A stretch of 64,000 bases of DNA, from the NCBI GenBank assembly GCA_964016885.1, contig OZ024741.1, forward strand, positions 350,796,001 through 350,860,000, given 5' to 3'. The translations under genes and the position numbers were made by a program. Each line of letters begins with the position of its first letter. Position 1 is the first letter of the stretch. Positions 13,398-25,145 of the stretch are shown piece by piece. The notes beneath the pieces are model-generated. The model saw nothing but the letters and a program-made list of their open reading frames with translations. It had not been told where the DNA came from and ran no database searches. Source of the stretch: Eledone cirrhosa. Taxonomy: Eukaryota.

Positions 13398-14025
13398 CTG
13401 TTGAGAAGGAAAATATGCAAACATTGTGTACATGAGACATTCTTTGCCTAAGACTTTTAAATTAATATGATGACTAAGATCAGCATGTTTATGAGTGTTG
13501 GACCTTTGTCAGTCCCAAAAAGTGTTCCAGTTGTTCAATCATCAGAACAGCCTGCTCATGAAACATGCAAGTAACTAAGCTTTCTACAGATTTATGTACC
13601 CTTAAAAGAAATGTTCAGAGATATTTAATATGGCATGATGTGTGACAAGGCTGAGTGAACAGTAGCAACATGAAATAAAGTGTCATGCTCAAGGACACAA
13701 TACCCTCCCTGGCACCAACCTTTTTAGTTGCCTCTTATGACATGCAAGAATATAGTATACTTATTCTAAATTAGATACACACTGAATTATAACTTGAAGG
13801 TTCACATATAAAATTTTGATGGAAGGTTTTAGGTAGAAATAAAGACTTTAAAATAAACAGTTCTGTATTGTAGAACCATGACCGGTTTTAGGCAGTTTAG
13901 TATCAAAAAGGTTAATAGTATAGATAGAGTCAAAGATTGAATTCTCCTTGCCTTTCAACTTTCTGTAAAGCAGAATTGAACCTGTTAACCCTCTCAGTAA
14001 TTATACATGTGTTTTTTATATATAA

Positions 14026-16350
14026 GTCGCAAGAAGGGAAGCAGAGGAAAGAAAGTTCAAGCATGTTCTACAACGTGAGGACCAAAAACGTGAGGTGTTC
14101 AGGATTGCTAGGCAATGTGTCAAGGAAAACAGTGATATTGTCGGGGAGAAGTGTGTACTTAACGATGACGGCGTACTTGCCATCACCGATGCCGATAAGA
14201 AGGTAGCTTGGAAGTGTCACTATGAAAGGCTACTAAATGAGGAGAATAAATGGGAGAAAGACAGTCTCCCCCACATCGACCCAATAGAGGGACCAGCAGT
14301 GTTAGTCGAGGGTAGTATAATAAGTAAGGCAATCAAAGATATGAAGACGGGCAAGGCGGCTGGGCCTTCGGAAATAGTTGCTGAGATGCTGAAGGCATCT
14401 GGTACGGTGGGACACACCATGGTCACCCGGATAGTCAACCAAGTCATACAGAATGGGGTTCTTCCGAAGGACTGGCGTAGCAGCATCATCGTTAACTGTT
14501 ATAAGGGTAAAGGAGATGCCCTAGATAGGAGTAACTATAGAGGCATTAAATTAATCGACCAGGTCATGAAGGTCACGGAAAAAGTAATAGCGCAACTAAT
14601 CAGAGAGCAAATTGATCTAGATGAAATGCAGTTCGGGTTTGTGTCAGGAAAAAGTACCACAGACGCTCTTTTCATTGTACGACAACTACAGGAGAAGTAC
14701 CTAGCTAAAAGTAAACCCCTATACTTAGCTTTCATCGACTTGGAGAAGGCCTTCGACAGAGTCCCCCGTTCCATTATCTGGTGGGCTCTTAGAAAACTAG
14801 GTGTTGATGAATGGCTTGTGAGAGCTATACAAGCCATGTATAAAGAAACAGTCAGCAAGATTAGAATTAACAACGAATATAGTGAAGAGTTTAGTGTAAA
14901 AGTTGGTGTTCATCAGGGCTCTGTTCTTAGCCCCCTACTATTTATTATTGCCCTCCAGGCTATAACAGTGGAGTTCAAGACCGGATGCCCATGGGAACTC
15001 CTATACGCAGATGATCTAACGCTCATAGTTGAATCAATGGCCGAGCTAGAGAAGAAATTCCAAACATGGCAGCACGGCCTAGAATCAAAAGGCCTTAAAA
15101 TTAACCTGGCTAAGACTAAAGTTCTAGTTTGTAAGAAAGAAAATAAGGCGGCGGTCCCCTCCGGGAAGTGGCCATGCGCAGAGTGTTGGAAAGGCGTAGG
15201 TAGAAATTCCATTTTGTGTCCCAAATGCAAAGTTTGGGTGCATAAAAGATGTAGTGGGATCACAGGTAAGCTAACTAAGAACATAGATTTTACATGTGGC
15301 CGGTGTTCTGGGGCAATAAGTAGCAGCAAGTGCCCACAAAATACTAGCTCTTTCAACTGCGCAGAGGGTTCTATAGAAATAGTGGACAGCTTCCGTTACC
15401 TGGGTGACAAAATCAGCAGTGGGGGAGGGTGCTCTGAAAGTACAGTAGCTAGAGTCAGAACTGGGTGGAAAAAGTTCAGAGAGCTTATACCACTATTAGC
15501 CGCTAAAGGGTTCTCCCTAAAAATGAAAGGCAGGTTGTACGATGCCTGCATACGAACAGCAATGTTGCATGGGAGTGAGACCTGGGAATTGTGTGCAGAG
15601 GATATACGCAGACTAGAGAGAAACGAAGCTTGCATGCTCTGCTGGATGTGTAATAGTAATATACGTGAACGACAAAGCATAAACGAACTAAGGAAAAAAT
15701 TAGAAATAAGAGGGATCAGATGTTGTTTACTCGAGAGAAGGCTACGTTGGTATGGTCACGTGATGCGCATGAAGGACGATAGCTGTATAACAAAGTGCAG
15801 GGCAATAAAGATAGACGGTAGCCACGGAATAGGCAGACCCAGAAAAACCTGGGACGAGCTGATAAACTCCGACCTCACACACTTACACCTCACCAAGACA
15901 ATGTCACTGGACCGAGACCTTTGGCGGTACTCAGTAATAGAGAAGACCCGCCTTACCTAAATACAAAGTAAAACCTACTACAGTCAGTAGGCATCTCTAA
16001 CAAAATACACCCCCGTCCCACCACCCCCACCCCATCCACACCGCCCCCTTCTATGTAAAGTTATGTTGGTGCCACACCATCCAGGCCGAAACAAATGAGA
16101 TCGTGTAGGTGTCACGACAAAAAAAACACACAGTCCACGCTGTAATGTGGCCGTGTAGGCAACACGGTAAAAACCTCCCAGACCCACACTGTAAATGTGG
16201 TTGGTGTTAGGAAGGGCATCCAACTGTAGAAAACCTGCCAGACAGTCCTATGCGAGCAAGACAATCACTCTTGCCTCAAGTGGGAAAACCCCCATCCAAA
16301 CCCATGCAAGCGTGGAACACGGACGTTAAACGTTGATGATGATGATGATG
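14026..16350 (+). mobile_element. RTE-clade LINE, 5'-truncated, young, with (GAT)n tail
   Basis: Uninterrupted frame 14026-15960. The 3' UTR has a C-rich tract, ~45-bp subrepeats, CCCATGC..GCGTGGAACACGGACGTTAAA and a (GAT)5 tail. Confidence 0.95.
14095..15960 (+). CDS. LINE ORF2 fragment: reverse transcriptase with an embedded C4HC3 (PHD-like) zinc finger; lacks the endonuclease
   Basis: RT motifs NYRGIKL, QFGF, FIDLEKAFD, GVHQGSVLSP, LLYADD and FRYLG, plus the RTE C-terminus RRLRWYGHVMR..GRPRKTW. Confidence 0.93.
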   Translation: MFRIARQCVKENSDIVGEKCVLNDDGVLAITDADKKVAWKCHYERLLNEENKWEKDSLPHIDPIEGPAVLVEGSIISKAIKDMKTGKAAGPSEIVAEMLKASGTVGHTMVTRIVNQVIQNGVLPKDWRSSIIVNCYKGKGDALDRSNYRGIKLIDQVMKVTEKVIAQLIREQIDLDEMQFGFVSGKSTTDALFIVRQLQEKYLAKSKPLYLAFIDLEKAFDRVPRSIIWWALRKLGVDEWLVRAIQAMYKETVSKIRINNEYSEEFSVKVGVHQGSVLSPLLFIIALQAITVEFKTGCPWELLYADDLTLIVESMAELEKKFQTWQHGLESKGLKINLAKTKVLVCKKENKAAVPSGKWPCAECWKGVGRNSILCPKCKVWVHKRCSGITGKLTKNIDFTCGRCSGAISSSKCPQNTSSFNCAEGSIEIVDSFRYLGDKISSGGGCSESTVARVRTGWKKFRELIPLLAAKGFSLKMKGRLYDACIRTAMLHGSETWELCAEDIRRLERNEACMLCWMCNSNIRERQSINELRKKLEIRGIRCCLLERRLRWYGHVMRMKDDSCITKCRAIKIDGSHGIGRPRKTWDELINSDLTHLHLTKTMSLDRDLWRYSVIEKTRLT

Positions 16351-17924
16351 AAGGACACATGTATAACTACTGAGGGGTTAACGAGTTTGCTTTGCCGACA
16401 CAGGATCCCAGGCTAGATGTCACTGCATGGCATCTTAGAAAAGTGTCTTTTATCATAGCTTTAGGTCAAACCATGCCTTGTGAGTGAAGTTGGGTAGACA
16501 GCAACAGTGCAGAAGCCCACAATATAGTGTGGATAGACTGCACCTGTAATTCAAAGGGCTAGTCTATTACACACTGTATAACAATTCTGTATAAAATTAC
16601 ATTCAAAGTACATTAGTATAAGTGTCTTTGGAATACTCAGCCACCTACACATTGATTCAATGAATAAGTAGTAGGATTTATCATAATCAAAACTGACAGA
16701 GATCCAATTACCTTTATATTTTCAAGAAATAGAAAATGTGATTTTGTAATATCCATGCCTTTCCTTTAATAAAACTTAGTACTGTAAATGAATCCAATTG
16801 GCTTTCACCAAAATTCAAACCAGCACTACAATCTCTGTTCACCAGGAAGTTATCAGTTAATCTATGGTGTGTGCATGTTTGCTTGCCCCTGGAGGAAGGA
16901 ACCTTACAAGGAAATCAGCAGAAATGTTAAAGTATGTCCAAATATAACAACTTGATTAGCAATTACTTAATTCTGCCTTGAAGGTTTACAGCGAGACCAA
17001 AATAAATACAAACAACATTTAATGAATATAATACAACAGTGTAAAAAACTTGTTCCTTAAAATGCCATCAAGTCTGAAATTTGTTCCTACATTAGTAACT
17101 ATGCTAATTAATAAGTAAATTATCATTAGTTAAATATCATTAGAGCAGAAATTGTGGAATACCAGATTAAATGCATTCTGGTATCTAGGTTACCTTGAGT
17201 AGCTTTTTAAAATTACACTGTAAAGTTATGTTGGTATCACAAAAAAAAAGCATCCAACCCACACTGTAGAGTAGTCGTATGTGTGTCACGACAAAAAGCA
17301 CCCAGCCCACACTGTAAGGTGGTCATGTAGGTGTTAAACAAAGCAACATGAAGTAAAATATCTTGCTCAAGAACAACCCACTGCCTACTCCAGAAACAGA
17401 ACTCATAACTTAACAATTGTGAGCCCAACACATTAAGCCATCTCCTTCACACAGATGAATATATGCATACACAGACACACAAACGCATACAGACAAATGA
17501 ATATATGCATGTTCAAACACAGACACACACACACAAATGAATACATGCATACAACACACACACACATACAAATGAATACATGCACACAACACACACATAT
17601 ATTTTTATATATGCACACAACGACACACACACATATACGTATACACAGACACACCAAGGCAGAGAAAGCAATTGTTCAGTAACTGTGAAAGGGTAACAAT
17701 GATGTTTAAGCAAATGAAGTATTTGTAGTTAATGTCTAATTAGAGATAACTTAAGACTTATTAACCAAGATTTCACTTGGTTAATCTGCATATACCAGTA
17801 TTTACAGCAACAACAACACAGAAAAAAATCAATAGATATAACCCTTTGTGTTCTGGTAAACATACAAATCCTTCAAAATAAATAAGGGCATATCCTCATC
17901 ATCATATATATATATATATATCAT

Positions 17925-20207
17925 TATACGTCCACTTTTCCTTGGTTGCAAGGGTGGGATGGGTCCTATTCAGCACAGCATCTCTCCACTTGTCAGTCCT
18001 TCGTCATCTCCACCGTGAGCTTCAGCGATCTGGGGTCTGCTCTCACCACCTCCACCCATGTTTTTCGTGGTCTTCCTCTACTAAGTCTTCCTTCAATTGG
18101 CATTTCTTGGCATTTCTTCACCCATCGGTCATCCTCCATGCGCATCACATGTCCATACCATCGCAGTCTCCTCTCCCACACACTACAATTTATCCCTCTC
18201 AGACACAATTTCTCTCTCAACATATCCATATGCTCGGTCGTTCACGCATATTGACATTGCACATCCAACGGAGCATGCTTGCCTCATTTCTCTCCACCCG
18301 TCGCATACCCTCTGTAGTTGCTGCCCATGTCTCACTACCAAGCAGCATCGCGCTCCTCACACAGGCATCATATAACCAGCCTTTCGTACGCAGGGAGAAA
18401 CCCTTCTTCGTCAGCAGAGGAAGCAGCTCCCTAAACTTCTTCCAACCCATCCTTATTCTAGATACTAGGGCCTCGGAACACCTCCCTCCCATGCTAATCT
18501 GATCACCTAGGTACCAGAAGCTATCCACCACTTCTATAGCACCCGCCTGCATTTGAAAAATGTGTATCAATGTGACTTCTACTGTCAAATTTCCCTGTAT
18601 ATCTATTGCATACGTATTTCTCCCTACCTGTTAGTTTGCCTGCTATCCCACTACATCTCGTGTACCCAAGATCCCCATTGTGTACATTTTATAGAATTTA
18701 TGCCAGTTCCTTTTCTGCATATCGAACAAGGCCATTTCCCTGACGGAATCAGAGTTTTGCCCTCTTTTCTACTCATCAACACTTTTGTCTTACTAGGTTC
18801 ACTCTCAGTCCTCTTGATTCCAACTGCTGTTTCCCTAGCCAGATTCTCTACTGATTCTGCTATAAGAAGCAGATAGTCAGCATAGAGAAGTTCCCATGGA
18901 CAACCAGTCTTAAACTCCTCTGTTATGGCTTGGAGGACTAAAATAACAAGAGCGGGCTGAGGACCGAACCTTGATGTACTCCTACTTGTATCTTGAATTC
19001 CTCACTAAACTCCATTCCTACCCTCACTTTACTGACAGCACCTCTGTACAAAGCTTGCATTGTCCTCACAAGCCATTCCTCAACACCTAGTTTCCTTAGG
19101 GACTACCAGATGCCTTCAGCATCTCAGCAACTATGCCCGACGGTCCAGTGGCCTTACCATTTTTCATTTCCTTAATCGCCTCTTGGACCCTATATTAGTC
19201 AATCTCAATAGCTGGTCCTTCTGTCGGATCTACTGGGGGTAATTTCTCTCTCGCCCATTCGTTCTCCACATTCATCAGTCTCTCATAATGACATTTCCAG
19301 GCCTCCTTTTTCTGATCTTCGTGACACTAATTACACTGGCATCATTCTGGACACATTTATCTCCAACAACATCCTGATTTGCACTGACACACTGCCTTGC
19401 AATGCGAAACAACGCACATCTCTGATCTTCCCGTCGCAGAACATTGACAAACCTCCTACTCTCAGCCTCCCTGCGTGCTAAGTACTCCTGATGTCTAGCT
19501 TCTCTCTTAGTGGCTGTATATCCTTCCCTACTCCCACCCTTTTTCCAAGCCTTCCATGCTAGTCTTTTGTCTCTAATGGCCTTATCTACTGTGCTGTTCC
19601 ACCACCAGGTCACTCTCTGTCTGGTTGGAGCTCGGCTCCAGCCACAAGTTTCTTCAGTAGCCTAAAGTAAGTTGTCACCTAAGAAATTCCAGTTATCATC
19701 TATGTCATACAACTCTAAATAATAATCTTTTTCGTTGTACACATCTTGAAGGGCTTTCCTAAATTTGTATTTTAGTGAAAGATCTTTTAGCTTCCAGACC
19801 TTTCTTCTCCACACCTTCCTGTATGTCTCATACCATCTCTTGCTTACTGAGATATCACTAATGACTAACCTATGCTGTGGGGTACATTCCCCGGGGTATG
19901 CCTTGGTATTTGACACCATCTGTCTGTCCCGCTGCCTAACTAGCAAGAAGTCAATCTGGCTTATGTGCTCGCCTGATTTGTAGGATATTAGGTGGTTGGC
20001 AGGTTTCTGGAAGTTAGTGTTGCAAATGGTTAGTGCACTTGCATCACAAAATTCAAGAAGTCTCACTCCTTCATTTCTTGAGCCGTAACCGTGCCCACCA
20101 TGTACCCCAGTGTAACCATCCTGGAGCTGTCCAACATGACAATTGAAGTCCCCTGCTAGCATAACAATGTCTCCGTCTGCCGTCATTGCGGTTGTTTGTA
20201 AAAGATG
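17925..20207 (-). mobile_element. Degenerate RTE LINE (APE endonuclease part + RT with internal deletion)
   Basis: ORF pieces AGDFNCHVG, SQIDFLLVR, TWWWN, FWYLGD and RRLRWYGHVMR. Similar ATCATCATATATATA tracts flank both ends (possible TSD). Confidence 0.9.
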
Positions 20208-20277
20208 CTATATATATCATCATCATCATATATATATATAGAAGGAATTTGTAGTTTACTTAAAGCATTGTATATGG

Positions 20278-20444
20278 TATAAAGAATTTGAAGTTTGAAA
20301 GCCACAACAATGCAGGTTTGGACAGGGAATGATTAAATCGTAAGGACATAAATTAAGGTAAAAAACAAGCCCTGTTTCTTACGATTTAATTATTCCTCAT
20401 CCAAACCCACATTGTCGTGGCTTTCAAACTTCGAATTCTTTATA
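20278..20444. repeat. Palindromic MITE-like hairpin (~68-bp arms, ~25-nt loop, TA-flanked)
   Basis: AAAGAATTTGAAGTTTGAAAGCCACAACAATG... is reverse-complementary to ...CATTGTCGTGGCTTTCAAACTTCGAATTCTTT. Confidence 0.85.
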
Positions 20445-20699
20445 TATATGTGTGTCCTTCCTTTTTTTCACTATAGTAAATGCCATACAGGTGTGATCAA
20501 AGATACATGAGTGTTCTATGTAGGGTACAATGGATCAAGTGATGGGTTGTGGCTTGCACTGATACTGGTGGTGACTACAAACAATTGAGTGACAAAACAA
20601 TACAAAACAATAACCAAAAGAACCTAACATGCATGTGAGTCCCCTGATTATTACCAAACAGCAGCCCTCCTACCCCTGAAACAAGTAAGAGACTCATGC

Positions 20700-20880
20700 A
20701 TCCCCCTTCCTATCAAGTATAGAACCTCATATTTGCTACTTTAAAAGTCAGAATAATGAAAGGTAATTGAGGTGAGATTGTGGAGATGTTAGAGAGGAAA
20801 CAAGTAGATGTCTGCTGTGTGCAAGAAGTGATGTGGAGGGGCACTTTAGCCAGATTCATTACATGTCCAGAATATGACAG
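20700..20880 (+). mobile_element. RTE LINE 5' fragment (N-terminus of APE endonuclease)
   Basis: Translates to EIVEMLERKQVDVCCVQEVMWRG. Confidence 0.7.
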
Positions 20881-21902
20881 AAGAGACCTATTGATCATTT
20901 TGGTATGGTTTCTACATGGTATAGTATAGTTGATATAACTATCTCTCCAATAGATACTTTTTTTTTAACTGCCACAACCCCCCCCTGAAAATCATTACAA
21001 TATAATCCAATATAAATTGATAAAGACTAAGAGAAGGGGTAATATATAGAAATGTGTGTATACATACAAACATAAATGTGTGTTTGTGTATATATATCAT
21101 CATCATTGTTTAACATCCATTTTCCCTGCTAGCAAGGATTGGACATGTCATCACAGACCAGTGTGTATTTAAGCAGAACCTCTGAACTGCAGGTAGGTAG
21201 GGGCCTGATATATGCTCCCACACTCTACCAAGTGCATTTTATCATGTCATTAATACTAGTGAAGTTGTCATATCTTTGGCAAAGCTGAAGAATCTTTCCA
21301 ACCATTTTTTTGGGCAGATTTTCTGCAGCTAGATGCTCTTCCTATCACCAATAATTTAACAGAATATACTGAGGGTATTTATGACACAACGCCAGAGTCC
21401 TCCTAACTCTGTTTCACAAGTTTTCTATTATTGGATGCCCTTCCTATCATCAACCACTTACAGAGTGTACTGGGTACATTTATTGAGTAGTTCACCAACA
21501 CTAGAGAGGTTGTTGTGCCCCTGACACAACTAAGAGTTCTCTTGACCCTTTTGTCATGGTTTCTACAGTGAGGTGCCCTTCATATTGCTAAACCCCTTAC
21601 ATGATGTTCTTGATGCATTTACTATATATACAAAAAAAAACAAGGAACTAGTAATGGTCTGTTTACAAAGAAAAAAAGTGCAATTAATAAAATTCATTAA
21701 AAAATATGTCACCATCACCACATACTACACATCAGCACAACAAGATCACCACTAACATCATACAACACCACTACGACTATCACCAACAACGCATCACCCT
21801 ATCATCATAAACCACTGCCATCACATCACCCCACCCCCACTATATCACCATCATCTTTATTAACAGCAACAAAAGGAAGAAGAGGGGCCCACACCAACTT
21901 AC

Positions 21903-22051
21903 TCTTTTTCCAATATCTTTCACTAGACATTGCTGTTGATTCTTCAGATCCTTAATCACATGTTCATGGCGATGCAACAGCAACTGGTTCTGCAGTTTTT
22001 CTTCATCAACATGTTTCTCCCAATTTAAAATCTCAAGCTGAAGTTCCAAGA
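21903..22051 (-). CDS. CCDC14: CCDC14-like gene, coding exon 8 (LELQLEILNWEKHVDEEKLQNQ...KDIGKR)
   Basis: Acceptor tttctcaacag, donor gtaagt, 149 nt, phase 1->0. Confidence 0.85.
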
Positions 22052-22107
22052 CTGTTGAGAAATAATGATTTACATTTTAAAGACATCAATAATTAATAGT
22101 TTACATT

Positions 22108-22665
22108 TTAACCCTTTAGCATTTAAACTGGCCGTATCTGGCCAGAATTCTGTAACCTCTTTCTGTTCAAACCATCCATAACCGGCCCCTCATACTTATG
22201 TTAAGGTATTGTTCTCAAAATAAATAATACCAAAATCTCATAGATTCGATATTACGTGAGATAAACTGTAAATATCTAAATCTCATAGATTTGATATTAC
22301 GTGAGATAAACTGTAGTATGTGGGAGAGAAGACTGCGTTGGTATGGCCATGTGATGCACATGGAAGATGACCACTGGGTGAAGAAGTGCCAAGAAATCCC
22401 GGTGGAAGGAAGACACAGTAGCAGAAGACCACAAAAAACATGGGCAGAGGTGGTGAGAGCTGACCTCAGATCGCTAAAGCTCACAGAGGAGATGATGTGG
22501 GACCGTGATGAATGAAGAGATGCTGTGCTGAAGAGGATCTGTCCTACCCTTGCAAGCAGGGAAAAGTGGACGTAAAATGATGATGATGATGAATTATCTG
22601 AGATAAAGCCTTTACCATGAAAATATAATAGTATATATACAGTAATGTAAATGCTAAAGGGTTAA
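22108..22665 (-). mobile_element. MITE family 1 carrying an RTE 3' fragment (~22305-22592) and an internal ~44-bp duplication
   Basis: Both TTAA/TIR ends are present. The insert encodes ERRLRWYGHVM...KTW and ends in (GAT)n. Confidence 0.85.
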
Positions 22666-22676
22666 AGATAACAACA

Positions 22677-22679
<3 letters not shown>

Positions 22680-22709
<30 letters not shown>

Positions 22710-23990
22710 TTACTTTTTATTTTCGTTTTGGGGTTCCCCCCATCTTCACTGAGGGACAATGGAGTACTGATGTCTGAAAGGTCTAACTCTGATGTAAGTG
22801 AGAGTGTGTTTGTGTAAATATGTGCATGCGTGTTTGAAAGAGGCAGAGAGTGAGGAGATCTGAGTTAGGAGACTCCCCTTAGATGGACTTGTTGATGCTT
22901 CCTCTTCTGGTGCTCCTTTCAGTGTTGCTGATGCTGGCTCTGTCTCAGGTATTGGTGTTACCTTTGCTGTTGGTGCTATTGGGGTTGTTGTTGGAGCCCT
23001 GGCATTGGCAACAATGGAGTTTTGTCGTTCCCTGCTATCTTTTGTTAAGAGCAGGAAGCTCTTATGTGGCTGCTTTAGCCACACAGAAAACATTGAGGCT
23101 TTTTGCCCTCAATGATGAAATGTAGGTCAACACCATCCAGAAGACAAATTAGATCTGGGATCTTGTTCAGCTTCTCCAGTTTTATGTGGAGAAGTATCTC
23201 CAAACTGGTCCCAGACCAGTTTTCCCTCCAGGTTCTTTTTATCTCCAGGAGGGTTTTGCTACTCTCCTGGACAACGCATGCCAAGATCCACCAAATGTCC
23301 AACCCTGGCAGGATTCAGGAAATGTAGACCTTGACTGTTCTTCTTCCCAAATAACATGGGAACAATATATATTGGTCTGTTTTGCAGGGGATCACAGTGT
23401 TTCATAGCAAGAGCCTCACTCTTGAAGAGCACTATAATGCTCTCAAATTGTTTGGCCCTTGTGACATGTTGGATATCCTGCATGATTTCCTTTAAGGCTG
23501 TTTCTAGATGAGCTTGAGGAGTTAATTCTGTTTTTTTTATAAGAATACATCTATAAATCAAGGGTTATCGCTCTGTAGCTACCAACACCCCAGGAGGTCT
23601 TTTCCATTTTAATTGATTTAGATGTTTACGCTAAACATGTTTCTTTCTCTGTGATGTTCATGTGGACATGTGGAAGAGTTGTTGCTTTGGCTGCCATAGC
23701 AGCTGTGAAAGTATTGTTGTTCATATTCTTGTTTTTCATGCTGTTGTTGCCATTTACAAGTGATAGATGCACCCAGTGATGGAACTGGAAAATCCCTTCA
23801 TCGGTAGGTGTTCAATCAATATTATCCGACGTAGTCCAGTTTCTAGGAGACATTGAGACATTCTACCATAGTAGTAAATTCGCCTGTCATTACATAACTT
23901 TTCTCAAAAAAGGAAGGTCAAATTGGCCGAACTTTTGGCAGGTAAATTCAAGATTTAAAAAAAAAGATTTTCACAGCCTCAAAGAAAAGC
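22680..23990 (-). mobile_element. ORF1-only (gag-like, CCHC knuckle) non-LTR retroelement derivative with (TTA)n tail, pseudogenised
   Basis: IIEGKKPQCFLCG*SSHIRASC matches CX2CX4HX4C. It is followed by a P/A/T-rich tail, AATAAA and (TTA)n, with no RT downstream. The 5' limit is approximate. Confidence 0.6.
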
Positions 23991-24297
23991 TCACAAATAG
24001 CATTTGTAAACAAAAAATAACTAACATACATACATATATAAATAACATCATCATTGTTTTAATGTCCACTTTCCATGCTAGCAAGTGTTGGATGAGTTAG
24101 ATAGACCAAGTCAGTACTGAAGCAGTGGCTACTGATCTCCCAGACAAGCCAGGAATCTTCGTCTCGCTTATGTATTGTCTCATGTTCTACCACACAGGGT
24201 AATTGATCTTAAAACAATGTGGTTGTGAAATAAACTTCTTGATTACATAACCATACCTGCACCTCTACTCATATAGTTGATCTGAGTGAATACTTAC

Positions 24298-24368
24298 TTT
24301 CACGTCTGTGGTCTTCCTCCATCTTCTTTTCCATTTGAGTCTTCTCTTCAGCAAGCGTCCTCAGTCTC
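24298..24368 (-). CDS. CCDC14: CCDC14-like gene, coding exon 7 (RLRTLAEEKTQMEKKMEEDHRRE)
   Basis: Acceptor tcattgcag, donor gtaagt, 71 nt, phase 2->1. Confidence 0.88.
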
Positions 24369-25003
24369 CTGCAATGATAAAAAATAAACTGAATAAGAAA
24401 CTGCAACAGTACCCCTTGAAAAGTGGTGATGTACTGACTGAGACAACATAGTGTTCGTGCCACAATAAAATGTCTCCAGCATACTTTGCAAAATAGCTAG
24501 CAACCAAATGGAGACACTATAATGCAGAGAGTTCTTATCTATCTTGTCAAATACATGACAACCTCTTTAGTGCTGGTGCCATGATAAAATGCACATGATA
24601 GCACCAGCACTGCTACTTTACAGAGTGTACTATGATAAAATGCACTTAACACACAAGGATATAGTGTACTACTTCTAAAATTTGAGATACAAATAGAAAA
24701 TACATTATATATGTTACACAAAAATGAAATTTTTCAGTGGTACTCCAACAACTCTTGTACAGACATGTAATACATATGAAAGATGATCACAGACATGTAA
24801 TACATATGAAAGATGATCACTGGTAATGAAGAAATATCAGATGTTTTAAGTGGAATGAAGCCAAGGAAAAAGAAGACCAAGGAAGATGCTTGAAGAGGTG
24901 GTGAAAGTTCATCTCAAGAAGATAGCAAATGAAAGAGACAAAAGCAGAGCTGCTGTAGTGGAGGGGAATCGTGTAACCCATGCAAGCAATGTAAAAAACT
25001 TAC

Positions 25004-25145
25004 TTTTGTAGTCGATTATTTTCCGATCGTAATGGTTGTAAAGCTAAAGAAAATTCGGTCTGAAGATCAAAGGTATGTTGAAGCTGTGGCAGTGTATTTA
25101 CAATATCTTCCAACTGATTGACCATTCGAGTAATTTCACGGTGAT
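25004..25145 (-). CDS. CCDC14: CCDC14-like gene, coding exon 6 (HREITRMVNQLEDIVNTLP...TEFSLALQPLRSENNRLQK)
   Basis: Absent from the ORF track. tag/gtaagt sites, 142 nt, phase 1->2. LALQPLRSEN.RL..RLR.L matches the conserved CCDC14 motif as I recall it (IALAMQPLRSENAQLRRQLRIL). Confidence 0.88.

Noticed and set aside
14220-15680. Several antisense ORFs over the RTE and other LINE copies
   Set aside because: Shadow ORFs of the RT frame with no independent signal.
16712-17217. Possible extra CCDC14 exons (~16712-16763, ~17195-17217)
   Set aside because: Acceptors are weak, the phases are not needed (exon 8 joins exon 9 in phase 0), and there is no recognisable homology.
17410-17713. C/V/H/T-rich ORFs
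   Set aside because: Translations of a degenerate (CA)n/(TA)n microsatellite.
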